From assembly GCA_964016885.1 (NCBI GenBank), contig OZ024758.1:7688001-7752000 (forward strand): a stretch of 64,000 nucleotides of DNA. The letters are read 5' to 3'. How positions within the stretch are numbered: the stretch's first letter is position 1; every line of letters begins with the position of its first letter. Under the pieces are notes generated by a model, which saw only the letters and a list, made by a program, of their open reading frames with translations, did not search any database and was not told the DNA's origin. The position numbers and the translations under genes were made by a program. Below, piece by piece: positions 1-12,401 of this stretch. The DNA comes from Eledone cirrhosa (Eukaryota).

Positions 1-298
1 CCCTCCAATGGTTTCATCAACGAGATATACAACTTTACAATATATATATATATATATATATAGTTGGGAGTGTGCCTATGTACATGTCTCTATATATGTG
101 CATGTGCCTGAACTTGTGGTCAGGTCAGGTCAGTAATAGGAGTTTGATAGAAGGCTTCTAAGATAGATATCTTTGCTTCCCAGAAAGTAATATCAAACTG
201 CTGAAAGGTGAAGAAACTTCATCTGTATCAAAAAATGCTGTCAAATCTTTCAGAGAAAACTGGTATAGGGCCTCCATAACTAGCACCATAACAATGGC
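1..298 (-). repeat. Left arm of long inverted duplication (partner 4380-4671); may continue off-window
   Basis: Reverse complement of 4380-4671; 61-230 matches 4448-4617 exactly by eye. Confidence 0.95.
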
Positions 299-469
299 TT
301 GAACTCACTACTTTTGTGGTATAAGAATTGGCATATATAGCTAAATAATGGTAGACCTTCTTTTTGTCTTGACTTTGTTGTATTGTTTTGTAAATAAATA
401 ATTTACAGCTTCTTGAAATAAGCTGGTGTAATTTGAAGAGAACATCTTTGCTGTTGAAACTGACTTTGC

Positions 470-835
470 CAGTTTTCTTATTAGAATATTTCCCCTACCC
501 CAACAGTGGAACCTCAATGGCAAATCAAGCTCCTTGAATTGAATCATATATGACAGGTCTTTTAAAGTTTCAATTAACTTGGTAGCTTCTTTTTCTTTTA
601 TGCAGTTTCACTAAGAACTTGATCCTTCATGAAATGTAGTCCTTAAATGAGGTTACCACATGTGAGGTGCAATCTCAGGTATAGTCTTAAGGGGGACTGG
701 AATGTTGATTATATCAATAAATATTTCATGAATAATGTTACTTTCTTTTTACAGCAGCTGAAGTAGGTTTGTAGTACTTCAAGTTCTTATCAATAACTAT
801 ACCAAAATCTTTCACTTCCTCAACATGTTCATGAA
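470..835 (-). mobile_element. Decayed CR1/L2-group LINE ORF2 3' fragment
   Basis: Minus translation EEVKDFGIVIDKNLKYYKPTSAAVK and EATKLIETLKDLSYMIQFKELDLP...RGNILI match the CR1 C-terminal motifs EKDLGVxIDxxLKF and RRATKLxxxLKxLSYEERLxxLxLPxLxxRRxRGD; stops and frameshifts present. Confidence 0.8.
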
Positions 836-1279
836 TATAGGCAAGAAATGTAAACACTAAATATATACAATAAGTACAGACAGAACACTGTACAAAATGC
901 CATTAAAGATGTTTTTAATAAAAAAAATCTATGATGGTAGAAACATGCTCACAAAAATCAAGATATAGTTGATAGTAAATTGAGTAAATTATATCATGGA
1001 AGAGCCTGTTTAGTCATTTAAGAACTCACAAAAAACTGTTATACTTGGCTTATTTCTTTCTTTACAGTCCATTCTAATACAAAGTGTCAAAAAGTTTCAA
1101 TATACTTCTACAACCTGATCACGAACACAATTTCCTGTCAGTGATTAGGTCGTGGAGGGGTGGGTGACAAAACTTTTTGACAGTTCATAATAGAAATAAA
1201 CAAAAAGGGGATTATAACAGATTTTGTGTATATTTAATTGGCTAAAATGACTCTTCTGCAATGTAATTGGTTCAGTTTC

Positions 1280-1565
1280 AACACACAGTCTGAGATCAAC
1301 TCAGTCTCAGATCAACACACAATCTCAGATCAACACAGTCACAGATCAACTCACAGTCTCAGATCAACACAGTCACAGATCAACTCACAGTCTCAGATCA
1401 ACACAGTCACAGATCAACTCACAGTCTCAGATCAACACGCAGTCTCAGATCAACACGCAGTCTCAGATCAACACGCAGTCTGAGATCAACACACAATCTC
1501 AGATCAACACAATCTCAGATCAACTCACAGTCACAGATCAACATGCAGTCTGAGATCAACTCACA
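1280..1565. repeat. Minisatellite, 16-18 bp unit AGATCAAC(A/T)CACAGTCTC
   Basis: Direct tandem copies. Confidence 0.95.
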
Positions 1566-2491
1566 TGTCAAACAAGTAAATTATCTAGATTTCTATTAAG
1601 ATAAAACTGCTAAAGGAATAATTGGAAGTGATTCATGTAGAATAGAGAAAAAGAATATCTGAAAAAAAATGTTAAATAAATCAGAATTAGTAATAAGTTT
1701 AAAAAGAAGTAAACTGAAAGGATTCATAAGCTAATATAATGAAATATTCTGGCAGCAATGTCAATTCACAAAAAAAAAAAAAAAATCAAATTGAATCTTT
1801 GATACTAAATAGAAAATATATCTTTTTTTTTCAAAATAGATGAGCAAATATCCTTTTGGTTGAGAAATAACTGAAATATATAAGTAAAAATCAAATCTAA
1901 AGTTCAACATTGGACAAAATATGGAACCAATACTATGTAGTTATCAGACTTCATTTAATCATTTAATGAGAGAGGAGGAGGAGGAGAAGAACTGAAGGTA
2001 AACAGAAGAGAGAACATATAAAAAGAGACACCAAATGACTTTTCAAGTTCTCAAGTTAAAAATCTTAAGTCAACTATTTCTTCAAAACATAACTCAAATT
2101 TTTTTTAATGTAAAATTAATGCATATATATGTGTGTGTATGTATGTGTGTTTGTGTGTGTGTCTGCGTGTGGGTGTGAAATATTGCAGCAAACGTGAAGC
2201 AAATAAAATTAATTCCTTTTTGAAAAATAACTGAATCAATTACAATATTTACAGGTAATATATTTTATTAGCTTTACAGAGATAGAAAGTAAAGTTAACT
2301 GTTAGCAAGAAATACTTCCAGTCTCCAGAGAAAAAAATACAGTTTGGCAGCTAACTTATTGAAATAAAAATAAAGAAACATACAAACAAATTTTCAACTG
2401 AAATTAAAATATATTTCATATCTGTGATATGCATGATTCTGGCACAATTCTTTATATGACACTGTAAAAGATGTTTATTGCATAAATGAAT

Positions 2492-2695
2492 CATCGTCAC
2501 CCCCCCCCCCCTTTCACATCCATTTTCCATGCTTGCATCAGTTAGACCGGTTGTCAGGTTATGAGACAAGTCAGGTCTGGAGACTAAGTCTTGCCCATAC
2601 GGGTCTGTATTTTAGCTTGGTTTCTATAGCTGAATGTCCTTCCTAATACCAACCACATTACAGAGTGAACTGGGTGATTTTTATCATGGCACCAA
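2492..2695 (-). mobile_element. (TGA)n-tailed SINE 3' part (RTE-type tail)
   Basis: Reverse complement of the GGTTGGTGTTAGGAAGGGCATCCAGC...GCATGGAAAATGGA...TGATG family also at 58878, 61585, 62305. Confidence 0.8.
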
Positions 2696-2699
2696 AACA

Positions 2700-3238
2700 A
2701 CCACCTTACAGTGTAGACTGGTGCTTTTTGTTGTGTCACCAGCACGACCACCTTACAGTGTGGACTTGTGCTTTTTGTTGTGTCACCAGCACGACCACCT
2801 TACAGTGTGGACTTGTGCTTTTTGTTGTGTCACCAGCATGACCACCTTACAGTGTGGACTTGTGCTTTTTGTTGTGTCACCAGCACGACCACCTTACAGT
2901 GTGGACTTGTGCTTTTTGTTGTGTCACCAGCATGACCACCTTACAGTGTAGACTGGTGCTTTTTTGTTGTGTCACCAGCATGGCCACCTTACAGTGTGGA
3001 CTGGTGCTTTTTGTTGTGTCACCAGCATGACCACCTTACAGTGTGGACTGGTGCTTTTTTGTTGTGTCACCAGCACGACCACCTTACAGTGTGGACTGGT
3101 GCTTTTTGATGTGTCACCAGCACGACCACCTTACAGTGTGGACTGGTGCTTTTTGATGTGTCACCAGCATGACCACCTTACAGTGTGGACTGGTGCTTTT
3201 TGCTGTGTCACCAGCACGACCACCTTACAGTGTGGACT
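2700..3238. repeat. Tandem array, about 11 x 47-48 bp, amplified from an internal SINE segment
   Basis: Unit ACCACCTTACAGTGTGGACTGGTGCTTTTTGTTGTGTCACCAGCACG continues the SINE at 2652-2695. Confidence 0.95.
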
Positions 3239-3537
3239 GAAGGTAAAAAATACACTTCATGACAGATATGTACGAGTCTGGCACAAATCAGATAATGTGA
3301 AACTGTGAACCCCCTTGTGGTAGGCCCTGGAAACTGATCACAATCAGGTGGTGGTGGTGGCGAGGAGGAGGGAGAGGGGGGGAGAAGAAGAAGAAGTTGA
3401 TGTTTATTTCATAAATGATTCATCCTAATGAAAAGAGTATCTCTCAATGATAAATTGATCATCCAATTTGACATAGCACCAAAGAGACTCAAATGCAAAG
3501 GATCATTGGCAAGATAGAATAGGGACACAATGTTTAA

Positions 3538-3736
3538 CCCTTTACCATTTACTTTACTCTCTATATACTATGGTATTTTCCTGGTAAACACTTTATCTCA
3601 CATGATATCGAATCTATGAGATTTTAATATTATTCATTTTGAGAACAATACCTTAACATCAGTATGAGTGGCTGGTTACAGCTGGTTTGAACAGAAAGAG
3701 GTGAGAGAATTCGGGCCGGATATGGCCGGTTTAAAT
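3538..3736 (+). mobile_element. piggyBac-like MITE family B1, right end missing
   Basis: TTAA|CCCTTT start; colinear with 13353, 21116, 29182, 46234. Confidence 0.8.
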
Positions 3737-3849
3737 ATAGTTTTTATTTGGCAAGAGAAAAAGAAGTCCTATCATTTCATTCACCATAATTATTATTCTA
3801 CATCCATACCATGTGGGCATAGGTTGTATATAATATATATATGCTAGAG

Positions 3850-4359
3850 CAGTGTTTCTCAACCAATGTTCCCTGGACCCTAGGGTTCTGGAAGAGGTTA
3901 CTAGAGGTTCCACGAGAAACAATGATAAATAAGCTCACGCATTTTTCAGAACATTTTGTTTAATTTTATATTCTTAATTTTACTACACCCATATGACATA
4001 TTGTTAGAAAATCCATGGTTATTTAATAAAATCTTCAGCCTCTAATATTAAGAGATAGATATAAATAATTGTTTCTACTTTAGGCACAAGGCCAGCAATT
4101 ACCCAGTGCATTACTGGTACTTTATTCTATCGACCCCGTAAGGATGAAAGGCAAAGTCAACCTCGGCGGGATTTGAACTCAGATTGTAAAAGGACGTAAC
4201 TCTATGCTGGAAAGCATGGCGTCCGACCCTCTACCGATACTGCCAATCCACCGCCCAATAGATATTAATAATAGTGTATAATAACTTTTATGCAGGGTTC
4301 TTTGAGACAGGAAATCTATTTCAAGGGTTCCACAAGGGTAAAAAGGTTGAGAAACACTG
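3850..4359 (+). mobile_element. hAT-like MITE with nested SINE
   Basis: TIRs CAGTGTTTCTCAACC / GGTTGAGAAACACTG; degenerate 8-bp TSD TGCTAGAG/ATTTAGAG. Confidence 0.85.
4066..4256 (-). mobile_element. Full-length tRNA-headed SINE, family A
   Basis: Minus strand GGGCGGTGGATTGGCAG head, B-box GAGTTCAAATCC, CTTTCATCCTTACGGGGTCGATA core, AGAAACAATTA end; TSD ATAGATAT(A/T)AATA. Confidence 0.9.
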
Positions 4360-4379
4360 ATTTAGAGTAAAGATTTCAT

Positions 4380-4690
4380 GCCATTGCTATGGTGCTAGTT
4401 AGGGGGGCTCTATACCAGTTTTCTCTGAAAGATTTGACAGCTTATTTTGATACAGATGAAGTTTCTTCACCTTTCAGCAGTTTGATATTACTTTCTGGGA
4501 AGCAAAGATATCTATCTTAGAAGCCTTCTATCAAACTCCTATTACTGACCTGACCTGACCACAAGTTCAGGCACATGCACATATATAGAGACATGTACAT
4601 AGGCACACTCCCAACTATATATACATATATATTGTAAAGTTGTATATGTCGCTGATGAAACCATTGGAGGGTGGTGTACCCAGTGATAAA
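4380..4690 (+). repeat. Right arm of inverted duplication, ending in a decayed hammerhead-like motif
   Basis: Complement of 1-298; CTGATGA-A-ACCAT/GTGGT stem at 4652-4676, but GAAA is lost. Confidence 0.9.
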
Positions 4691-4799
4691 CAGAGAGAGA
4701 GGCAAATAAAAGAAACCATCGCAAGAAAAATGTGAAAAGATTGGTTGGGGAAAGAATTTTTTAGAAAATATGAAAATCAAGAAAGGGATCAATAAGAAG

Positions 4800-5545
4800 T
4801 GTGTACACACACATTAACACACACATATATGTACACATTCATATTTACACATATATACATACATTAACAAACACATATATACACACATTAACAAATACAT
4901 ATTTACACATTAACACACACACACATATGTACATATATTAACACACACTGACATGTACACATAAATACAGACACACATTTACACATTAACACACACACGT
5001 GTACATATATTAACACACACTGACATGTACACATTAAAACACACACACACACACACATGTACACACATTAACACACACACACATATTTACATACATTAAC
5101 ACACACACATATTTACACATTGACGCACACATATTCATACATAAACACACATACAAATATTTACACATTAACACACACACATATTTACACACATTAACAC
5201 ATCTTTACACACACAAATATTTACACACAGTCCAACCCATGCCAGTATGGTAAACAAATATATGATGATGATGAACACATACAGATATACAAACTTGTAC
5301 ATACATATGCTGATGCTGATGATATATACACATATACATACATATGATGATGATGATGACATATACACATACATATGATGATGATGATGATGACATATAC
5401 ACATATCCATATGATGATGATATTTACACATACATATGATGATGATGATATACATACATAATATGATGATGATATATACACAGACATATGATGATGATGA
5501 TGATGATATATATATACACATATACATACATAAATACATACATGT
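4800..5545. repeat. Compound (CA)n/(TA)n/(ATG)n low-complexity tract
   Basis: Direct inspection. Confidence 0.9.
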
Positions 5546-6097
5546 ATGAATATAATATATAATCCTATTCTCAAGGGATATAGAATCAGACTGAGGGGAA
5601 ACAATTAATTGGTAAACATACTTTTGGCATTTCTTCACAATTATTAGCAGATGAATAAATACTATATTTTAGGTTGTTGTTTTTTTTTCTTGAGATAATT
5701 AATTGAAATGAAAATAATGGACATTACTAAATCATTTTGATTGCTATATATAGTTACCAACTGTTGAAGTAATAAAATGAATTGAAAAAAAAAAAAAAAT
5801 GAAGACAGGAAATTGGTAATCTTTAGAAATTGGTGATTGAGAAGATGAGTAGTTTGAAGCTAATGATTTTCAAGAAAACCTTGCATGAAGACTAAGATTA
5901 TATTTTGGAGTTAATCTATGGCCAGCAAATGATAAAACCACAGCTGCGATTTAGAAGATATCAAAACATATTTTAAATATAACTAGTAATGATTGGAATT
6001 ATTATATTATAAATTATGAATGATCAAGATTCAGCTGGGAAAACAACAAATTTTACCTAAATAACAAAAGGAATGGAAATTTTATAGTGGCCAATAC

Positions 6098-6720
6098 TTT
6101 TGTGGTCATAGAGGCTAACCCTTGGTCATAGTGGCTAACCCTTTTGTGGTCATAGAGGCTAACTCTTGGTCATAGTGGCTAACCCTTTTGTGGTCATAGA
6201 GGCTAACTCTTGGTCATAGTGGCTAACTCTTGGTCATAGTGGCTAACCCTTTTGTGGTCATAGAGGCTAACTCTTGGTCATAGTGGCTAACTCTTGGTCA
6301 TAGTGGCTAACCCTTTTGTGGTCATAGAGGCTAACTCTTGGTCATAGTGGCTAACCCTTGGTCATAGAGGCTAACCCTTGGTCATAGTGGCTAACCCTTT
6401 TGTGGTCATAGAGGCTAACTCTTGGTCATAGTGGCTAACCCTTTTGTGGTCATAGAGGCTAACTCTTGGTCATAGTGGCTAACTCTTGGTCATAGTGGCT
6501 AACCCTTTTGTGGTCATAGAGGCTAACTCTTGGTCATAGTGGCTAACCCTTTTGTAGTCATAGTGGCTAACCTTTCTGGGATCATAGTGGCTAACCCTTC
6601 TGGGATCATAGAGGTTAACCCTTTTATGGTCATAGTGGCTAACCCTTTTGTGGTCATAGTGGCTAACCCTTTCGGGGTCATAGTGGCTAACCCTTTTATG
6701 ATCACAGAGGCTAACCCTTT
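6098..6720. repeat. Tandem array of 20/24-bp units CTAACCCTT(TTGT)GGTCATAG(A/T)GG
   Basis: Unit contains the terminus of the adjacent TTAA-type MITE. Confidence 0.95.
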
Positions 6721-6986
6721 GTGATCATATTTCTCATGAAACATATTTCCCATGTGTTTCAGATAATTTTGAAAACAATCAAGCATTTGAAAGATTTAAT
6801 AAAATAATATTTTCATTTGCTGATATATTCTAAGGAAATCTGTTACTTCTAAGGAAATCCAATGCCTATTAATTTTTACAATAAAGGGTTTTGAAGGATT
6901 TAATTTTTGCATTATCAAGCCAATAAATGGGTAGCTTTGTTTCATACAATAAGAGCTGGTTTTGGGGCAAGTTGGTATCAAAATGG
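6715..6986 (-). mobile_element. piggyBac-like MITE family B2
   Basis: Ends CCCTTTGTGATCATATTTC and GGTATCAAAATGG|TTAA; colinear with 38316 and inverse of 28961. Confidence 0.65.
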
Positions 6987-7125
6987 TTAATGAAAGACAC
7001 TGCCTATGATTTTTCAAATAATACCAAAAATAAGAATTCGGAGGGATTTAGTAATATATTTAACTTTTCACATTAAGTGAAGTTGGTGTTTTGAATATAA
7101 CTTTAAAAATATATCTAACATAAAA

Positions 7126-7229
7126 TAATTGTTTCTACATTTGGCACAAGGCCAGCAATTATCAGTGCATTACTGGTACTTTATTTTATCGACCTTGTAA
7201 GGATGAAAGGCAAAGTTAACCTTTGCGGG
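7126..7229 (-). mobile_element. SINE A, 5'-truncated
   Basis: Family 3' end match. Confidence 0.85.
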
Positions 7230-7701
7230 CTCTTTCTTTATATTAGCAAAAATGTATAAAATATTTATGGTAAAATATAAGTGATATGCTGGAGCATGGA
7301 TGCCATTATTCTTGAGGCGGAAAAAAAAGAAGAAAGAAGGAGAAACAAAACAAAAACATAAAAACACACACACACACACAGAGTAAAACTAAGTGAGTGG
7401 AAATAGGAAGTGAAAGTAGGTTGCCAACATGACTAGATTATATCTCTACTCATGTATGACGAAGTTACCTTCCATTCCTATTATAAGTAGTTATTTTCAG
7501 TAGACATATTTCACCCAGAACAGATGCTAGAGTCATCATACATGTTTCATTCTGAAATATCTCTTATCTGGATTAATTGAAATGATGTGAAAGGAGAAGA
7601 GCAAATGCTATCAGGATTCACATGTAAAAGGCCATTTGCTTGATTGCTAAAATCTCCTCAATCTACAGTTTCAATGTAACTCCCTCATATTATATATTCA
7701 A

Positions 7702-7892
7702 GGGCGGTGGATTGGCAGTATCGGTAGAGGGTCGGGCACCATGCTTTGAAGCATAGTGTTACCTCCCTTTATGATCTGAGTTCAAATCCCGCCGAGGTTA
7801 ACTTTGCCTTTCATCCTCACGGGGTCGATAAAATAAAGTACCAGTAATACACTGTGATAATTGCTGGCCTTGTGCCAAAAGTAGAAACAATT
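7702..7892 (+). mobile_element. Full-length SINE A
   Basis: Head, B-box, core; TSD ATTATATATTCAA on both sides. Confidence 0.92.
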
Positions 7893-7953
7893 ATATATTC
7901 AACAGACAAAACTGGACATATTTCCTCTCTTAAGAATTTAATCTATACATTAA

Positions 7954-8158
7954 TCCTTTCAATACCAATCTGGTTAAAACTGGTTCTGGTCCTATGAAAT
8001 TATACCGCCCATTCTAAAGGGTTTCAATTGAAATTAAAATCTTCCAAAATAACCATATGTTAATTTACTAACTTGGTAATGAAATATATTTCTTTAGTAA
8101 ACCGCTAAAAATTATTAAATAATTAATTGAAATAGAGCAAGGAAATAGTGGGAAGAGG
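7954..8158 (+). mobile_element. piggyBac-like MITE B2, decayed
   Basis: TTAA on both flanks; TCCTTTCAATACCAA start. Confidence 0.6.
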
Positions 8159-8288
8159 TTAAACAATATTTCAAAATGACCTTTGTAATATCAATAAATT
8201 CTTAGATAACGGAGTCCTACATAGCTACTTCTATAAGGAAAGGTACAAACGTTAACCTTAAAATTCTGTTCCCCTAAGTTGTTATTAT

Positions 8289-8457
8289 TAATTGTTTCTA
8301 CTTTTGGCACAATTATCCCAGTGCATTACTTTATTTCATCGACCCCGTAATCATGAAAGGCAAAGTTGACCTCGGCGGAATTTGAACTCAGAATGGCAAG
8401 GACCGTAACTCTATGCGTCAAAGCATGGCGTCCGACCCTCTACCGATACTGCCATCC
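8289..8457 (-). mobile_element. SINE A, near full length
   Basis: Family match. Confidence 0.88.
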
Positions 8458-9132
8458 AAAATCTAACTTGCGAGGATGTTTCATTTAAAGTATATAAAAT
8501 ACAGGCAATAAATTGCAAGTGAACGAGACTGAAATTAAAAGATACCAGCTTTTTTTTTTTTTTTTTTTTTTTTTTTGAGACTTATTTTGGGAAAGAAGTA
8601 GCGTCTTCGACGCCGGGAAATGTTATATATAAAACCAACCAAACACCCTGTAACAGGTTGTATGGTGCGATAAATGGCTGTAAAATGTTTGTAACCCAAA
8701 CAGTAATACTTAGAACTGAGATATGGAAATCAGAATTGATAAATTTACGTTTAGATAATCAGATATTTCGTAAATGTCATATTGAAATAATGTCATATTG
8801 AAATAATCAACATGTTTTCAATGACACAAAGGAAACACGACATAATTATAGTACAACCCCATCTCCCTTATTCACTTTGTTTTCACTCAACTTTCCTAAC
8901 AATACATATTTTTTAATGAACACTCATAGAGCTGCATTAAAAACAACTATGTAGATTACGTTTATGTTGAAGAAATTAGAAAGAAGAAAAAAATTTAATC
9001 AGAATTTATAGTTGTAGAAATGATATTGTGTTACTGTAGAAATTCTATATTATCTAGAATGATATTAACATGAAATTTGAAGGCATGATGAACAAATTTC
9101 TATGTATTCAATAGATGAAAGCACAAACGAAG

Positions 9133-9177
<45 letters not shown>

Positions 9178-9300
9178 AATGAAAGTATAAAAAATTAATT
9201 AATTAATTTTAATAATATTTCATCAATATTTTCGCAATGAACCACCAGGGAAAATATGTATGTGCAACATTTCATTAAAAGAATATGTATTATTACGAAA

Positions 9301-9452
9301 GTTCTGAGTTCAAATCTCGCTGAGGTTAGCTTTTGCCTTTCATTTCTACGAGGTTGATAAAATAAAGTATAAGTAATGAACTAGGGTCGATTTAATCGAC
9401 TTTCTCCTTTTAATCCAAATTGCTGCCCTTGTTTCAAAAGTAGAAACAATTA
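9301..9452 (+). mobile_element. SINE A-related older subfamily, 5'-truncated
   Basis: TSD TTATTACGAAAGTT. Confidence 0.85.
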
Positions 9453-10604
9453 TTACGAAAGTTATGAATGAGAAAAGGAAGTCGAGCAAAAGGTGGGGGA
9501 GATGAGAAAACTAAACTAGTTATGTCGCGGAAATTATGAGAACAACATAAACTAGTAGTATCTTTATTTAACATAAGTTGTTATTCTTCTATTTATTTAC
9601 CTCCAGCGAACAAATATTGTCGATTCGTCAGGAAGTTGTAGGTTACTGCTGTGTTAACAGTTTTGTTTGAATGCTAAACAAAGGATGTTGTAGATACTAT
9701 ACAGCGTAACATATCTGACACAGTTGCCTTAAAAACCGAGACATTCTGTAGTATAGAAGTTATAATTAACAATGGCTTCTACATAAGTTTTTAATGTGTA
9801 TATAATATTATTATAGAAGAACACCTCTATCAATTTCAGTGTTCCATCAATTAAACTTATCTCCGAATATACTGCAAAGGTCTTGTACCTCCGGAAATCG
9901 ATGGAGGTATTCTATAAATTTACCAAATGATTATTAACCTTTGAAATCGATAGGAGTTATCTCCAATAAATTTACTGTCTATATAAATTATATGTCGACT
10001 TTATCTATAATACAATTTGGACGATACTAAAATAAGTTAAAATAATTATATAATATAGAACCGACTAAATTTATCTGCGAAAACCCGGAGCGAGCACCGA
10101 AGTCAAGGGACAGAACTCTCACATTCTGTTTACGATACATTAAGAAAACAATTTTCACAATTAAATAGACAGTAATAATTATAAAGTTTTAAAATGCGTA
10201 TATACATATACATTCCCTCATTTACATACAGCAACATGGAATAGTGATATTTCTCACTTAAGATATATATTCAGGCAACATGAAAGACTCGAGGCATTAC
10301 TGAAAGTGAATGCGAGGCGCTGTGTTTACCATTTCTCTCATGATAACATCTAGACAACAGGATAAGCGAAGAATTATTGTATCGCCTTTTTCTAGAGTTA
10401 TTAATAAGTTACCTTTAACACAAAAAGTAGAGAAGACGGCAGACACTCACTCAATACTGTACGTTAAAATAAATAACAAATATATAACATAGAGTCACAG
10501 ACAACCCTTACATATATACATATATATATTATATATAAGCAAATAAAAACATCAGTCTAAGAAAATTTATGGTCTGCATCGACAAAATAAAGTTCACAAA
10601 AGTA

Positions 10605-10637
10605 TAAGCTTTCGACAGAAATAATAGTCCTCATTAA
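10605..10637 (-). ncRNA. Decayed minimal type I hammerhead motif (PLE-like)
   Basis: Minus: TTAATGA-G-GAC..GTC-GAAA-GCTT-A; core mutated from CTGATGA. Confidence 0.3.
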
Positions 10638-10895
10638 TAACTAATAGAAGAAATTAAGAAAAGTTTCGGACGAAATTATTGTAGATTCTTATAAGTTTTA
10701 CAAAGGGAAAGAAAAACCGCATAAAGAAGGATTTCCCAAGCTCTACAAATAGAGAGAAAGTGGATATTTCAACATCAGGTTCCAAGATAAACAGCGTAAT
10801 TTTAATTATATAAAGAATTATTCCTGCAGTATGTGCATTCTGTTCAACTAAGAATTCTAAGAAAATGCAAGGAATGTACGTGCATTTTAGTAAAA

Positions 10896-10927
<32 letters not shown>

Positions 10928-10978
10928 GTGCAGATAATTAGAGTGCTTATCCGTGGAGGTTACGTTGTAACGCCGCGA

Positions 10979-11040
<62 letters not shown>

Positions 11041-11083
11041 ATTAAACTAGTAAGACTATTATGATTCTGGAATTGGCTGTCGA

Positions 11084-11119
11084 GACGGCAAGAGCTCTGC
11101 CGTCGGGCCCAGACTCTAG
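11084..11119 (+). mobile_element. Candidate Helitron 3' terminus
   Basis: GACGGCA/TGCCGTC hairpin, 11-nt spacer, CTAG followed by T. Confidence 0.4.
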
Positions 11120-11159
11120 TGTGTGTGTGTGTGTGTGTGTATAATTGCAGTTGCTATGT

Positions 11160-11205
11160 GACTATCTGATGATTAAAGGGTTTGAAACAATAGCAGTAGA
11201 CGTAA
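11160..11205 (+). ncRNA. Decayed hammerhead-like motif
   Basis: CTGATGA-TTAAAGGGTTT-GAAAC...GTA; stems weak. Confidence 0.3.
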
Positions 11206-11654
11206 TAACAATATATATATAATACGGTCGCTATTGATTACGAGTATATCAAAGTATTATTTCTCGAAATGTGGACTTTTTTTTTTTTTCTTCTCTCGAT
11301 TGAAATTAGCTACATCACCAAGCAGAGTTATTACACGGAAACTAAATGGGCCAATATGTTCAAATACCTGAATAATAAAATTACTATACATAATGTATGC
11401 ATATAGTTAATGAAATCATAATGCCCAATTCATTTTAGATAATATTACGTTTAAAGGAGTGAAAACAATTACTGTACATAACTGATGATTTCAATCTAAA
11501 ATTCTCCAGTTCTGAGTCTTTGATGTGTAAAACTGCTTATATACGATATTATAGCAACATAACACACAGTAAGACTGTTAAACAGAGATTTACTTTCTTA
11601 GAGTTAGAATAATTTTCTTTAATTGTTTGGAAATTTGTAGTTTATTAAAGAATT

Positions 11655-11882
11655 GTATCACATACACAAACATACACTATATACTGTATATTTATAACTA
11701 TACATACATTTGCGCGCACACACACACGCATATATACAGGCGCGCGCACATATATACACGCGTGCACACACACACCACACATATATATATATATACACAC
11801 ACACACATACACCCTATACTGTATATTTATATCTACACATACATACATTTGCACGCACACACACACACATATATATGCATAA

Positions 11883-11947
<65 letters not shown>

Positions 11948-12024
11948 TACACACCCTATACTGTATATTTATATCTACACATACATACATTTGCACGCAC
12001 ACAAACACACATATATATGCATAA

Positions 12025-12085
<61 letters not shown>

Positions 12086-12169
12086 TACACACCCTATACT
12101 GTATATTTATATCTACACATACATACATTTGCACGCACACACACACATATATATGCATAAACACACACG

Positions 12170-12210
<41 letters not shown>
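11655..12210. repeat. Tandem copies of an about 130-140 bp unit rich in (CA)/(TA) microsatellite
   Basis: CTATACTGTATATTTATATCTACACATACATACATTTGCACGCAC recurs three times, plus one diverged copy. Confidence 0.9.
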
Positions 12211-12212
<2 letters not shown>

Positions 12213-12216
<4 letters not shown>

Positions 12217-12401
12217 ACGAGTAGGACCCCGACGGCTGAGCTCAAGCCGTTTCGACGGCTAATAGGTCCAGAATTAGCCGTCGAAACGGCCTGAGCTAAG
12301 CCGTCGGGGTCCTACTCGTTCCTATTACCCACTCTACTACCCTAAGTATTGAGTACTTTGGTGCGTTATGGTCCACCTGGTTCCTTACCACATTTCCTTC
12401 G

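Larger units (their letters stand above)
8480..11560. promoter_or_regulatory. CpG-retaining island, candidate unmethylated promoter region
   Basis: CpG visibly frequent here and rare in flanking non-repeat DNA; not computed. Confidence 0.4.

Noticed and set aside
7702-7795. tRNA genes at GAGTTCAAATCC motifs
   Set aside because: These are SINE heads; no complete cloverleaf, and they are followed by SINE body with TSDs
9605-9635. Minus-strand CTGACGA plus hairpin as a hammerhead
   Set aside because: No GAAA after the stem
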